DNA of 64,000 nt from Sphingobacteriaceae bacterium (GTDB lineage: Bacteria > Bacteroidota > Bacteroidia > UBA7662): contig JAUXNJ010000019.1 in NCBI GenBank assembly GCA_030682795.1, forward strand, positions 94,627 to 158,626, in the 5' to 3' direction. Under the pieces are notes generated by a model that did no database searches, was not told where the DNA came from, and saw only the letters and a list, made by a program, of their open reading frames with translations. This document shows positions 50,980-61,096 of this stretch, one piece after another. The number at the start of each line of letters is the position of its first letter. Within the stretch, counting starts at the first letter, position 1. A program made the position numbers and the translations under genes.

Positions 50980-51297
50980 ATGAAAAATATCAAAAGTTTT
51001 GGCGAGCATTTGAGGTCATTAAGAGAAAATGCGGGGTTAACTCTCAAAACAGTTGCAGAACAAATAGGCGTAGACACGTCTCTACTTGCAAAAATTGAAC
51101 GAAATGAAAGACAACCTTCAAAAAGCCTCATCAAAGACGCAGCATTATTTTTCAAAGTCGATGAAAAAGAATTGACAAAACTGTATTTAAGTGACGTTAT
51201 AGCCTATAAAATTTTAGATGAAGAGGGCGACATAAGTATTCTAGAAGTAGCTGAGACGAAAGTGAAATATCTAACTGCCGTTAAAAATGAAAAATGA
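50980..51297 (+). CDS. XRE-family HTH protein, probable RM controller (C) protein
   Basis: HTH (LTLKTVAEQIGVDTSLLAKIERNER). Directly upstream of, and overlapping, the C5-methyltransferase gene. Confidence 0.55.
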   Translation: MKNIKSFGEHLRSLRENAGLTLKTVAEQIGVDTSLLAKIERNERQPSKSLIKDAALFFKVDEKELTKLYLSDVIAYKILDEEGDISILEVAETKVKYLTAVKNEK

Positions 51298-52600
51298 AAT
51301 CACAGTCATCGAATTATTCGCAGGGGTTGGCGGGTTTCGACTTGGTCTAGAAGGTTGGCAAGGAAAATCCGCTTCTTCCTTTTATCAAAAAGCATTGGAA
51401 TCCTCATACAAAGTGATTTGGAGCAATCAATGGGAACCTTCTACAAAAGCTCAACACGCATCATTGGTTTATGAAAGTAAATTTGGCAAGCAGGATCATT
51501 CTAATGAAGACATAGCTCAGGTGGATGTATCTAGCATACCAGATCATGATTTACTTGTTGGAGGTTTTCCTTGTCAAGACTATTCTGTTGCAACTACTTT
51601 AAAAAACTCAAAAGGTTTAATAGGTAAAAAAGGTGTTCTTTGGTGGAGTATTCATAAAATATTGAGCGATAAAAAGAATAAACCAAAGTACTTATTTCTT
51701 GAAAATGTTGACCGTCTCCTAATCTCTCCATCAGGCCAGCGCGGAAGGGACTTTGCAATAATTCTCAAGAGTTTAAACGACCTTGGCTATGCTGTCGAGT
51801 GGAGAGTAATTAATGCTGCAGATTACGGGATGCCTCAAAGAAGACGAAGGGTTTTTATTTTGGCCTATCTCAATTCCACCGACATTTACCAACAGTTACA
51901 GGAAACCTCGCCTGTAGATTGGATTTTGGAAGAAGGAACCCTCGCCGATGCTTTACCCGTGACATCAAAGATGATGTTATTTCCAACAGAATTTAAATTG
52001 GTTGGAGATGTTGTACATATATCTGATCATTTTAATAAAGATAAAAATGTGGGGGTTTTTGAAAACACTGGAGTTATGCTTAACGGAGTAGTGACTACCA
52101 TCAAAACAGTACCAAGCTATGGTGGTGAACAGACTTTGTTAGGTGATATTCTTCAAAATGGCGAAGTATCCTCCGAATTTTACATTGATAAAGAGGACTT
52201 AGACAAGTGGCATTACCTTAAAGGACCTAAAAAGGAACTTCGCAAAAACGCTGATGGCTTTGAATATCATTATAATGAAGGAGGGATGATTTTTCCTGAT
52301 TCGCTTGACAAACCGTCCAGAACCATAATAACAGGTGAAGGAGGTAAATCCCCTTCAAGATTCAAGCACGTCATACATACTTCAAAAGGATATAGGCGCT
52401 TGTCTCCAGTGGAATTAGAAAGATTGAACATGTTTCCTGATAATCATACCAAACTAGAAGGTGTAAGCGATGCAAAAAGAGCCTTTTTCATGGGTAACGC
52501 ATTAGTAGTTGGGGTAATTGAGAAAATTGGCATTTCTTTATGTCAAAAAATTTCCCAAAATGTTAGCTTACAATCCGGAAAACAAGAGGTCTGTAGTTGA
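51287..52600 (+). CDS. DNA (cytosine-5)-methyltransferase
   Basis: Motifs I (FAGVGGFRLG), IV (GGFPCQDYS), VI (ENV), VIII (QRRRRVF) and X (GNALVVGV). Confidence 0.9.
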   Translation: MKNEITVIELFAGVGGFRLGLEGWQGKSASSFYQKALESSYKVIWSNQWEPSTKAQHASLVYESKFGKQDHSNEDIAQVDVSSIPDHDLLVGGFPCQDYSVATTLKNSKGLIGKKGVLWWSIHKILSDKKNKPKYLFLENVDRLLISPSGQRGRDFAIILKSLNDLGYAVEWRVINAADYGMPQRRRRVFILAYLNSTDIYQQLQETSPVDWILEEGTLADALPVTSKMMLFPTEFKLVGDVVHISDHFNKDKNVGVFENTGVMLNGVVTTIKTVPSYGGEQTLLGDILQNGEVSSEFYIDKEDLDKWHYLKGPKKELRKNADGFEYHYNEGGMIFPDSLDKPSRTIITGEGGKSPSRFKHVIHTSKGYRRLSPVELERLNMFPDNHTKLEGVSDAKRAFFMGNALVVGVIEKIGISLCQKISQNVSLQSGKQEVCS

Positions 52601-53978
52601 TTACGCCAAACGCTTAATAAATAAGACACTACGGGAGGCCTGCGAATCAAATATACTAGAACACAATTTCAAGGGTAAAGGAAATTTTGGTCAAGTACTT
52701 GAGAAATTCTATTTCGGATATGAGCCAAATTCGAATTCTGAGCCAGATTTCAGACATATCGGATTAGAACTCAAATCTACTCCGCTAAAAACGCTGAAAA
52801 CTGGAGAAATAAGGTCGAAGGAACGTTTGGTCCTGAACATTATTAATTACAACTCTATAGTTAACCAAAACTTTGATGGTAGTGATTTTTGGAAAAAGAA
52901 CGCCCAGCTTCTTATAATTTTCTTTTTGCACGAACCTAATATCAAGATTCTAGACTATACGATAAAACTTGTTGATGAGTGGGGATTTTCAGAGACGGAT
53001 TTAAAGGTCATAAAAAAAGACTGGCAAATTATCAGGCAGAAAATACAAGAAGGTAAGGCTCATGAACTATCTGAAGGAGATACTTTGTACCTAGCTGCAT
53101 GCACGAAAGGTGCAAATGCCCAATCGCTACGACAACAACCTCATTCACCAATCCCCGCCAAACAACGCGCCTTCTCTTTGAAACAAGGTTATGTGAACCA
53201 CATTATTGCTACACTCGCAGGAGAGTCCTCCATAAGATATGGCAAGTTAATTCCATCCTTAAACGAATTTACCGAGGAATCCCTTGAAGAAATAATCCTA
53301 AAAAAATTCAAACCATACTATACCAAGAACGTGGAAGAAATTTCTACACTTACTGGAATCAAGCTAAATATGAGTGCGAAAAACTTCTATTCAAAGCTTA
53401 CGCATGCAATCTTAAATATAGACCTTAAAAAAGAAATTGAAGAGCTTGCAAAAGCAAATATTGAAGTCAAAACTATTCGAGTGGAAAAAAACGGCCAGAT
53501 AGAACAATCTGTTTCTTTTCCTGCATTTGAGTTTATTACTCTTTATAATGAACACTGGATTACCAGCGAATTAAAAGAGAAAATTGAAAAGAAATTTCTT
53601 TTTATTTTCTTCAAACATGATGGTTCCTGCTACAGATTAGAAAAAATCAAATTCTGGAACATGCCGTTGACCGACAGAAATGAGGTGCGAAAAATTTGGC
53701 TCAAAACCAAATATGTAGTCCAGAATGGTGACGTTTTCAATGAATATGACAGAGACAGCTTTGGAAATATACGATTGTCGATAAAAGGGCACAAAATTAA
53801 AAAGAATAATTTTCCTAAGATCAGCGATAGTCGCATTTGTCATGTCCGACCACATGGTAGGGATTCTACTGAAACATATCCGCTTCCAGTTCAAGACAAA
53901 AAATTAAACGAAATGGAATATACTAAACAATGCTTTTGGCTCAACAATACATATGTACGTGATGAGATTTATCTGTGA
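52560..53978 (+). CDS. Type II restriction endonuclease, Sau3AI/MutH-like
   Basis: N-terminal MutH-type catalytic motif EPDFRHIGLELKSTPL (D...E-x-K). The 473-aa length is close to the roughly 490-aa R.Sau3AI (N-terminal catalytic plus duplicated C-terminal domain). Overlaps the MTase 3' end. Confidence 0.55.
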   Translation: MLAYNPENKRSVVDYAKRLINKTLREACESNILEHNFKGKGNFGQVLEKFYFGYEPNSNSEPDFRHIGLELKSTPLKTLKTGEIRSKERLVLNIINYNSIVNQNFDGSDFWKKNAQLLIIFFLHEPNIKILDYTIKLVDEWGFSETDLKVIKKDWQIIRQKIQEGKAHELSEGDTLYLAACTKGANAQSLRQQPHSPIPAKQRAFSLKQGYVNHIIATLAGESSIRYGKLIPSLNEFTEESLEEIILKKFKPYYTKNVEEISTLTGIKLNMSAKNFYSKLTHAILNIDLKKEIEELAKANIEVKTIRVEKNGQIEQSVSFPAFEFITLYNEHWITSELKEKIEKKFLFIFFKHDGSCYRLEKIKFWNMPLTDRNEVRKIWLKTKYVVQNGDVFNEYDRDSFGNIRLSIKGHKIKKNNFPKISDSRICHVRPHGRDSTETYPLPVQDKKLNEMEYTKQCFWLNNTYVRDEIYL

Positions 53979-54192
53979 TATGAGAATTCCGTTTCAAATT
54001 GACCCCCTTCGTGTTGGATTAGTTTTGGGGGAGTTTACAACAATAGCATCTTGACTGTCGATCTTAGCCTTGCTACTAGCGTTTTGCATCTACCCGAAGA
54101 TGGCGATTTCGTCGCACTTCACTGTCAACCAAGCACAAAGCTTGATTTAACCTCTGAACCGCCACTTTTGGGCAGGTGGTGTTGGTGGCTGT

Positions 54193-55047
54193 TCATGTTA
54201 TATTATAATAAGATTTCCATCTAGTTCTTGAGCGTAAATTTACAGTCGATATGTAATCATTTAGTGGTCTAAGTCTGGGTTCTGGTCTTGGTATAATACC
54301 TGTTTTAAAAGTTAGACGCCCATCAATAATATTGTAGCAAGAAGCAAAAAAGTCTTTAGCTGGTTGTGGCCATGCAGCTCCATAACCATGTTCACATTCT
54401 AAAAACTTTCTAACACAAAATATAACTAAATCAGAAATTTGAATCATTGGGTTTTTAGTGGAATCTATAGGATAGCTAAACTCTACAACCCTTTTGACCC
54501 TATGTGTTGCAACTGTTAAAAATCGTCTATCATAAAGAATAGTTTCAATATCTGTATGATGATTTTCTTTTTTATCTAAAATCATTAATCCTCTAGCTGA
54601 ACTGCCAAGTTTTCTTTTAATATGGTCGTTGAATTGAGTTATTAAATAATCAAAGCCCAATAAATATGGGGATTTAGAATTGAATGCGGTAGCTACAGCG
54701 CAAGTATTAGCATGAATTAAAGGTTTCGAAAAAGCAATGATATGAACATTATGAGTATGATCTACAAGAATATTTAAAACATCAAATGCTAGTTGATTTC
54801 GTTTAACTCTCGCATGTCCAGCAAAATGCCCAGCGCCATTTGGAGATAAAAGTTCATGCGCGTGTAACTCAAAATTTAGCGGAACTGCTCCTGCAAAATA
54901 TCTGTCTATTATTGTTACAAACTTTTGTTGTGTTGGATTCCATTTTTCATCACTGACAGTTAATCCGCCCATTACAAAAATTGGCTGTTCAGTATTTAGT
55001 AAATCATCTCCAGTATCTCCAGTTTCATCAATATAAAGGAAGTGCAT
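54193..55047 (-). CDS. DUF3800-family protein
   Basis: Hallmark N-terminus LYIDETGDTGDD (DUF3800 'YIDESG'); 284 aa; AT-rich. Confidence 0.5.
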   Translation of the reverse strand: MHFLYIDETGDTGDDLLNTEQPIFVMGGLTVSDEKWNPTQQKFVTIIDRYFAGAVPLNFELHAHELLSPNGAGHFAGHARVKRNQLAFDVLNILVDHTHNVHIIAFSKPLIHANTCAVATAFNSKSPYLLGFDYLITQFNDHIKRKLGSSARGLMILDKKENHHTDIETILYDRRFLTVATHRVKRVVEFSYPIDSTKNPMIQISDLVIFCVRKFLECEHGYGAAWPQPAKDFFASCYNIIDGRLTFKTGIIPRPEPRLRPLNDYISTVNLRSRTRWKSYYNIT

Positions 55048-55289
55048 AGTTATATTTTATTCAGAGTTTCTCTTAAGTGGCTACTAACTGCATGCTTTAC
55101 GTAAGGAGAATAGCCAGTTAAAAGTAGCTTCATCGGTTATTTGCTTTTGCAATATAACTTATGAAAGCTGTTGTTGATGCGCATGGGCATAAAAACATTT
55201 CAGCAACCAGCAAATGGGCGGTGCGGACGTGGTTTTTGGCACGTTGGGTGTTTGAATGGGCTTGGCGGGGGCCGGCGCTTCGACGAGGC

Positions 55290-55736
55290 TCAGCGACCGG
55301 TATTTTCTTCCACCACCCGCTTGTAATTATCCATAATCGCCTGCCAGCCGGCGCGCTGCATGTCGATGGGATTTTCGGTTTCGGCATCGAAGGTTTGTGT
55401 AACGAGTACCTGCTCATCGGCGCCGGTTGCTGAGGGCATCGAAGCATCAAAGGTAATGCGCACGGTGCGGCCGTCGGCGAGGTGGTAGGCAATGAGGGCT
55501 TCGGGTTCCACAGCATCGTAAATGCCTTCAAAATCGAAGGCGAAGGAGCCGTCGCGGGCGGCCATGCGGTAGTTGAAGCTGCCGCCCACACGCAAATCGT
55601 TGGTGGCGGCAGGACAATGCCAGCTGGGGTCGGCAAAGTTCCACTGCATGATGTGCTCGGGCTGGGTCCAGTAGGCCCAGGCTTTAGCGAGGGGGGCTGC
55701 CATGGTTATTTGGAGGGTGACTTTTTCGAAGGACAT
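55290..55736 (-). CDS. SRPBCC/AHSA1-like (activator of Hsp90 ATPase homolog) domain protein
   Basis: 148 aa; N-terminal ITMAAPLAKAWAYWTQPEHIMQW typical of the AHSA1/SRPBCC family. Confidence 0.55.
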   Translation of the reverse strand: MSFEKVTLQITMAAPLAKAWAYWTQPEHIMQWNFADPSWHCPAATNDLRVGGSFNYRMAARDGSFAFDFEGIYDAVEPEALIAYHLADGRTVRITFDASMPSATGADEQVLVTQTFDAETENPIDMQRAGWQAIMDNYKRVVEENTGR

Positions 55737-55841
55737 GGGCTTTCTTTTAAGCCAAATTACGGGTTTTTGGTGAACATTGTGCCCTTGTAGGCTTTGGCAC
55801 TGGCCCAGCTTGATAGTTCAGCGCCGCTGTTTGTGTTTAAA

Positions 55842-56210
55842 TTACAACAGCTTCGGAACAAAAACCAAGAGCCCAATGCTGGCGGCGGTGATGGCACTCA
55901 GTAGAACGCCAGCTGCGGCCAAATCTTTGATGGTTTTAATTTTGCTGTTGGTTTCGGTCGTCATAAAGTCGGCCAGGTTTTCGATGGCGGAATTAAAGAT
56001 TTCGGCCATAAACACCAGTCCAATCGCAAAAATAACGGCCATCCACTCAAAAGCATTCAGCTCAAAAAACAAAGAAGCAGCTATAACAAGCACCGTTGCG
56101 GCCAGGTGCACGCGTGCATTGTGCTCTTCTTTGAACAGAATTTTCAGTCCGTTAAAAGCGTAGCCGAAGCTTTGGAGGCGTTGGCTGATGGAAAAGGCTG
56201 CTTTTTTCAT
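55842..56210 (-). CDS. dgkA: Diacylglycerol kinase / undecaprenol kinase (DgkA family)
   Basis: Three TM helices with conserved E...N...E...D pattern (EEHNARVH; AEIFNSAIENLAD). Confidence 0.65.
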   Translation of the reverse strand: MKKAAFSISQRLQSFGYAFNGLKILFKEEHNARVHLAATVLVIAASLFFELNAFEWMAVIFAIGLVFMAEIFNSAIENLADFMTTETNSKIKTIKDLAAAGVLLSAITAASIGLLVFVPKLL

Positions 56211-56378
56211 GTGGGAATTTAGAGGTTCTTTCGATTCGTCCGTCAAGAATAACCGCAAACATTCAACTTTTATGAAGCATTAAATCCGTTGATTTTTCTA
56301 AATGCTAGGCTGCCTATTCCGGAAGGCTCATGACAACCATCGTTTGATATGCCGTGCGCTCTAGCCCATTTGCTTCTA

Positions 56379-56936
56379 TCAAAGCTTCTTAATCAACTTA
56401 AGGGAACGCAAGTCGTATATATGAATCTCGCTTTTGTCTGTCCTATCGTATTTAAAATTGCCGTTTGAATCAAAATAGCCCGTCACCACCAAGGTGGCGG
56501 TAGATGAATTAACCGTCCACCTCTTTGTGAAAAAGCTGCTGTCCGTCAGTTGTGTTGTTTCTGTGCCATCAGTGGAAATTATAATGATTTGCTTTGGGTC
56601 ATTCCAGTCCACGCCCTTTTTACCATCTAAATCCACCGTATGCGCGCCTACAATCATGAGATTAATGCCGAAGCTGTCAATTTTCACTTGCTCAATTTCT
56701 TCGATGTAGCCGCCACGTGGGAAATCTATCCGTTTTGATTGTCCTGTGGATGTATTGATAAATAATAGATGCTTGCTTTGGGTATCGTACATTTTGCCCC
56801 AGTTCTCAATAGATGCTATGACATAATCGGTGCCTTTAATTTCTTTGAGTTTGTTGAAGAGCACATAATTGTTTTTGTCTTGCCCAAACGTAGCGGAAGC
56901 AAGGGTTGTGAACAAAATGACCAATAGCTGTTTCAT
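56379..56936 (-). CDS. Secreted/lipoprotein of unknown function
   Basis: Signal peptide MKQLLVILFTTLASATFG; AT-rich. Confidence 0.3.
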   Translation of the reverse strand: MKQLLVILFTTLASATFGQDKNNYVLFNKLKEIKGTDYVIASIENWGKMYDTQSKHLLFINTSTGQSKRIDFPRGGYIEEIEQVKIDSFGINLMIVGAHTVDLDGKKGVDWNDPKQIIIISTDGTETTQLTDSSFFTKRWTVNSSTATLVVTGYFDSNGNFKYDRTDKSEIHIYDLRSLKLIKKL

Positions 56937-57198
56937 AGATTCTTTGGTTTTTGTTGGATGTTTGATGCTTGAAATTACTTCAAGAGCCATTTAAGCTCCG
57001 CATTGTTAAACCCAACAGGTGCAGCAAAATTGTGCAGCAAAGTAAATTCTAACCAAAATGTGCTGCTATCTATAGCATTGATAGGCCCGTCACAAAAAAG
57101 GAACCGCAGCTCTTTTTTTATTGGGAGGGTTATGGTTTTGATCATAAAGACGCGATGAATCGCAGCTCTGCACGGTAGATGCGCGATGAATCGCGCGT

Positions 57199-58335
57199 CT
57201 ACTCGTGCTGCATCAAGGTCTCATACCCGCCGTCGGACAAAAACTGCTGCTTTTGCATGAGGCGGAGGTCACTGGCCATCATGTCGGCAACGAGCTCGGC
57301 CAGACTGTGGCGCGGCTCCCAGCCCAGCTTGGTGCGGGCTTTGGTGGCGTCGCCAATGAGCAGCTCTACTTCGGTGGGTCGGAAATAACGCGGGTCAACT
57401 GCTACGAGGGCATCGCCTACCTGCAGTTTGCAGCTGCGAATGCCCAAACTGGCCAAACGCGCCGTATCTATACTGCTCACCAGGCCGGTTTCAGCCAAAT
57501 CACTGCCTTCGAAACGAATACCGATGCCGAGCTCGGCGAAGGCCATCTTCACAAAATCGCGCACATAGGTGGTTACCCCGGTGGCAATCACAAAATCCTC
57601 GGGCTCGTTTTGCTGCAGCATGAGGTACATGGCCTCTACATAATCTTTGGCATGGCCCCAGTCGCGCTGGGCATTGAGGTTGCCCACGTATAACTTGTCT
57701 TGCATGCCGAGCACAATTTTGGCAGCGGCACGGGTGATTTTGCGGGTTACAAAGGTTTCGCCGCGCAAAGGCGACTCGTGGTTAAACAAAATGCCGTTGC
57801 AAGCATACATGCCGTAAGCCTCGCGGTAGTTCACGGTAATCCAGTAGCCATACATCTTGGCCACGCCATAAGGCGAACGCGGATAAAAAGGCGTGGTTTC
57901 ACGTTGCGGCACTTCTTGCACCAAGCCGTACAACTCCGAAGTCGAAGCCTGGTAAATGCGGGTTTTTTGGGTCAGGCCGCAAATGCGCACGGCCTCCAAA
58001 ATACGCAAGGGCCCCAGGGCATCGGCATTGGCGGTGTACTCGGGCGTTTCAAAGCTCACCTGCACATGACTCATGGCCGCGAGGTTGTAAATTTCGTCGG
58101 GCTGCACCTCCTGGATGATGCGAATTAAATTGGTGCTGTCGGTGAGGTCGCCATAATGCAACTTGAGCCGCACCCCTTTGTCGTGCGGGTCCTGGTACAA
58201 ATGGTCGATGCGATCGGTATTAAAAAGCGATGCGCGGCGCTTGATGCCGTGCACCATATAGCCTTTGTTCAACAAAAACTCGGCGAGGTAAGCCCCGTCT
58301 TGTCCGGTAATGCCGGTGATTAATGCGGTTTTCAT
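57199..58335 (-). CDS. gmd: GDP-mannose 4,6-dehydratase
   Basis: N-terminal Rossmann [15 protein letters not shown], catalytic YxxxK region, full-length GMD. Confidence 0.9.
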   Translation of the reverse strand: MKTALITGITGQDGAYLAEFLLNKGYMVHGIKRRASLFNTDRIDHLYQDPHDKGVRLKLHYGDLTDSTNLIRIIQEVQPDEIYNLAAMSHVQVSFETPEYTANADALGPLRILEAVRICGLTQKTRIYQASTSELYGLVQEVPQRETTPFYPRSPYGVAKMYGYWITVNYREAYGMYACNGILFNHESPLRGETFVTRKITRAAAKIVLGMQDKLYVGNLNAQRDWGHAKDYVEAMYLMLQQNEPEDFVIATGVTTYVRDFVKMAFAELGIGIRFEGSDLAETGLVSSIDTARLASLGIRSCKLQVGDALVAVDPRYFRPTEVELLIGDATKARTKLGWEPRHSLAELVADMMASDLRLMQKQQFLSDGGYETLMQHE

Positions 58336-58412
58336 GGTCGATGTAGCAGAAAAACGGCTTCCGCCCGGGGGCCTGGCCGGTAGCAGCGGTGAAGCTGCCG
58401 GGTGAATTCGCT

Positions 58413-60998
58413 TTATTTGGTGAGGACGAGTTTTTGGGTGTTGATGCCTCCCGCCCCCTGCAGTTGCACGAGGTAGAAGCCGGCTGCGAAATTAGCCAAA
58501 TCGAGCGATACTTGGTCTTCGCCAATGGCCAAACTGCGCTCGAGCAACAACCGTCCGCTTTGATCGCGGATGATCAACTGCCGTTCGGCACTGGCCTCCT
58601 GTAGCTGGATGTTTACACTGCCCTGGCTGGGATTAGGGTACAGCCTGAAGCCCGGCGCCTCGGTTTCGAACAAGCCCAAGGGCACATCCCCATAACTAAT
58701 ATTGGTGAGGTAGAGGTTGCCGCCAAAGGCATTGCGGGTTACAAACTTGATGGCCGTCTTCTGAAAAACAGGAATCACCTGGGGGATGCGCACCATGCGC
58801 CAGTGAGAAGCCTGGGTGGGTTCTAATCCTGCGCCATAAGTCACCATTTCGGTGCCGCCGGTGCTGTAAACGCGGGTCCAGTTGCTGCAGTCGTTGCTCA
58901 CATACACAAACAAACTGTCGTTAAATCCCGCCCGGTTGCGGTAAGCCATGCGGAAGTGCAGGTCTACATTGCCGCTGCCGCCGGTGGGAATGAAGTACGG
59001 ACTCAACAGCTCATCGAGCTGGCCTTGGGCGGGACTGTAGTTGTTCATCCGCACCTTTACCGCACTCGAGGTACCTGGCAAACCCACCACATTGTGGCTT
59101 TCCCAGGTAATGAGGTCACCCCCTGGATTGTTAATGAGCCAGTCGCTGTTTAACACCGCCGGTACAGCGAAGTCTTGGTGCCTCGCATTGTCGCGGTTGC
59201 CAAAGGCGGTATTGCCGTCCTGCCGGCGCATGCGAATGGTGAAGTAGTTGTTAATGGTGTCGCGTTCGGCCGCACCACTGAGGCGCAAGCGGGCGTACAA
59301 TTCGCTGTAGGTGCCGGTAAAGGGACCGTTAATAGGCAGCACCACGGTGGTGGTTTGTCCCGCCGCCAAATTGCCCGTCCAGTTCACCGTGCTGTTGTAA
59401 TTACCCATGCCATACTGCACATCAAAAGCGGTAACGGCCTGCTGGCCCACATTTTTTACCTCAATGGTTTCGGTGATGCTGCTGGCAGCACAAAAGCGAT
59501 CGCCGTCTTTGCGACCCACTACCCGTTGAATGGCGATGTCGCGGGGACTGGTATTGGGCGCCACGGGCGTAAAGGTTTGTGCCAAAAAGTTGTATGCCGC
59601 CTGTATATCGATGATGCCGCGGCCATAGGCATTGTCTTCGCCAACCGTGCCCAAATCGATGGCCGTTTGGTACAAGGCATTGAGTTTTTGTCGCGGTGAC
59701 GCCTCCGGAAAAGCCTCTCCCAGCAGCATCACAGCGCCGGCAACGTGCGGACTGGCCATGCTGGTGCCGGTGTAGAGCGCATAGCCGCTTTCGTTCACAG
59801 CCGAACGCACATTGGTGCCTGGGGCAGATACTTCTGGTTTGATGTTGAGCGGTGCCGATGGCGCACAAATGGTTGGTCCACGGCTCGAGGTGCTATTGAT
59901 GGGGAAAGACGCATTGCTCGCATCGAGGTTGCCTACAGCGAAATTGCGCAGACTGTCGACCGCAACTGCCCCGTAGCCGCCGGCGGTGCCAGCGCCCGGA
60001 CCGTCGTTACCCGCGGCAAACACATTGGCAATGCCCGAAGCCTCTAAAGCCGCAAAGGTGCCGTTGATGGCGCCACAAGCTGCTCCGTTGGCCGGAAATC
60101 CCCATGAATTGTTGATCACATCGGCAGCATCCTGGGTGGTGGCGGTATTGCCGTCGGGATTGATGGCAAATTGGTAGGCGGTGATCAGGTTCTGCAAGCT
60201 GCCGCCGCTGGGAATGATGTCGTTGCTGAAAAAGTAGCCCGATGGCGCCACACCGATGGTATCTCGATTGCTTTTTTGCAAGCCGATGATGGTGCCGGCC
60301 ACGTGGGTGCCATGCTCCTGGTCGCGGTCAATCGGAATCACATTGCCAAAGAAGCTTCTCCAGCCCTGCGCCAGCGGAAAGCGGTTGCCCAAAAACTGTT
60401 CGCGAAGGGCGGGGTGCTCGCTGCGGGTGCCCGAATCGTACACATAAACGCGCTGGTTGAGACCGCTGTAGCCCAAATTCCACATGAAGGGGGCTTTGAT
60501 GGCACGGTGACCAATTTCATTGCCGTTGGGTGATTCGGGCGAATATTCTACAAAAGTGCCGGGATTGAGGGTGGGCAAGGTAGCATCCAACATCAAATAA
60601 GCCGGGGGATTGAGCTGCTGTAGCTCGGCGAGCTTGTCGGCCCGCATTTCCAAAAACAAACCGTTGCACAACCAAACCGACTTTAACTCCCGCACGCTGC
60701 CGTTGGCCTGGAGGCTTTCGAAAGCACCCAACCAAGGGGCCACCACGCGCTCGGTATGGGCAGGCCCCACCTTCAAAACGGTGCTCACGCGCTCGTCTTT
60801 GCTAGCGCGACGGGCCTCAAAAGCCACCACCAGGCTGTCGTAATTGTAAGTGTTGTAAAAAAACAGCACTACCGGCAGATAGCTGCCTTTATCGTTTTGG
60901 CGCTCACGCAAAGCCTGCGTTACTTCATCTTCAACAATTAATTGCGCTTGCGCTGCAAAGCCGAGTAGGAGCAGCGGTAACCAGAAGAACTTTTTCAT
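58413..60998 (-). CDS. S8-family subtilisin-like serine peptidase with T9SS C-terminal sorting domain
   Basis: Signal peptide; catalytic D/H/S ([25 protein letters not shown]); C-terminal CTD ([20 protein letters not shown]). Confidence 0.8.
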   Translation of the reverse strand: MKKFFWLPLLLLGFAAQAQLIVEDEVTQALRERQNDKGSYLPVVLFFYNTYNYDSLVVAFEARRASKDERVSTVLKVGPAHTERVVAPWLGAFESLQANGSVRELKSVWLCNGLFLEMRADKLAELQQLNPPAYLMLDATLPTLNPGTFVEYSPESPNGNEIGHRAIKAPFMWNLGYSGLNQRVYVYDSGTRSEHPALREQFLGNRFPLAQGWRSFFGNVIPIDRDQEHGTHVAGTIIGLQKSNRDTIGVAPSGYFFSNDIIPSGGSLQNLITAYQFAINPDGNTATTQDAADVINNSWGFPANGAACGAINGTFAALEASGIANVFAAGNDGPGAGTAGGYGAVAVDSLRNFAVGNLDASNASFPINSTSSRGPTICAPSAPLNIKPEVSAPGTNVRSAVNESGYALYTGTSMASPHVAGAVMLLGEAFPEASPRQKLNALYQTAIDLGTVGEDNAYGRGIIDIQAAYNFLAQTFTPVAPNTSPRDIAIQRVVGRKDGDRFCAASSITETIEVKNVGQQAVTAFDVQYGMGNYNSTVNWTGNLAAGQTTTVVLPINGPFTGTYSELYARLRLSGAAERDTINNYFTIRMRRQDGNTAFGNRDNARHQDFAVPAVLNSDWLINNPGGDLITWESHNVVGLPGTSSAVKVRMNNYSPAQGQLDELLSPYFIPTGGSGNVDLHFRMAYRNRAGFNDSLFVYVSNDCSNWTRVYSTGGTEMVTYGAGLEPTQASHWRMVRIPQVIPVFQKTAIKFVTRNAFGGNLYLTNISYGDVPLGLFETEAPGFRLYPNPSQGSVNIQLQEASAERQLIIRDQSGRLLLERSLAIGEDQVSLDLANFAAGFYLVQLQGAGGINTQKLVLTK

Positions 60999-61096
60999 TT
61001 TAGAGAAAATGTTGGATGTGAAAGGTAAAAATACAGAAGTGGACTGGTACCTACAAGCTTTCGCCCGTTCCAGGGGGATGAAACGGGCGAAATGGG

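Noticed and set aside
55130-55636. 168-aa minus-strand ORF and 55161-55433 plus ORF overlapping the AHSA1-like gene
   Set aside because: They are in alternative frames of the GC-rich SRPBCC gene with Pro/Ala/Thr-rich composition, and are shadow ORFs.
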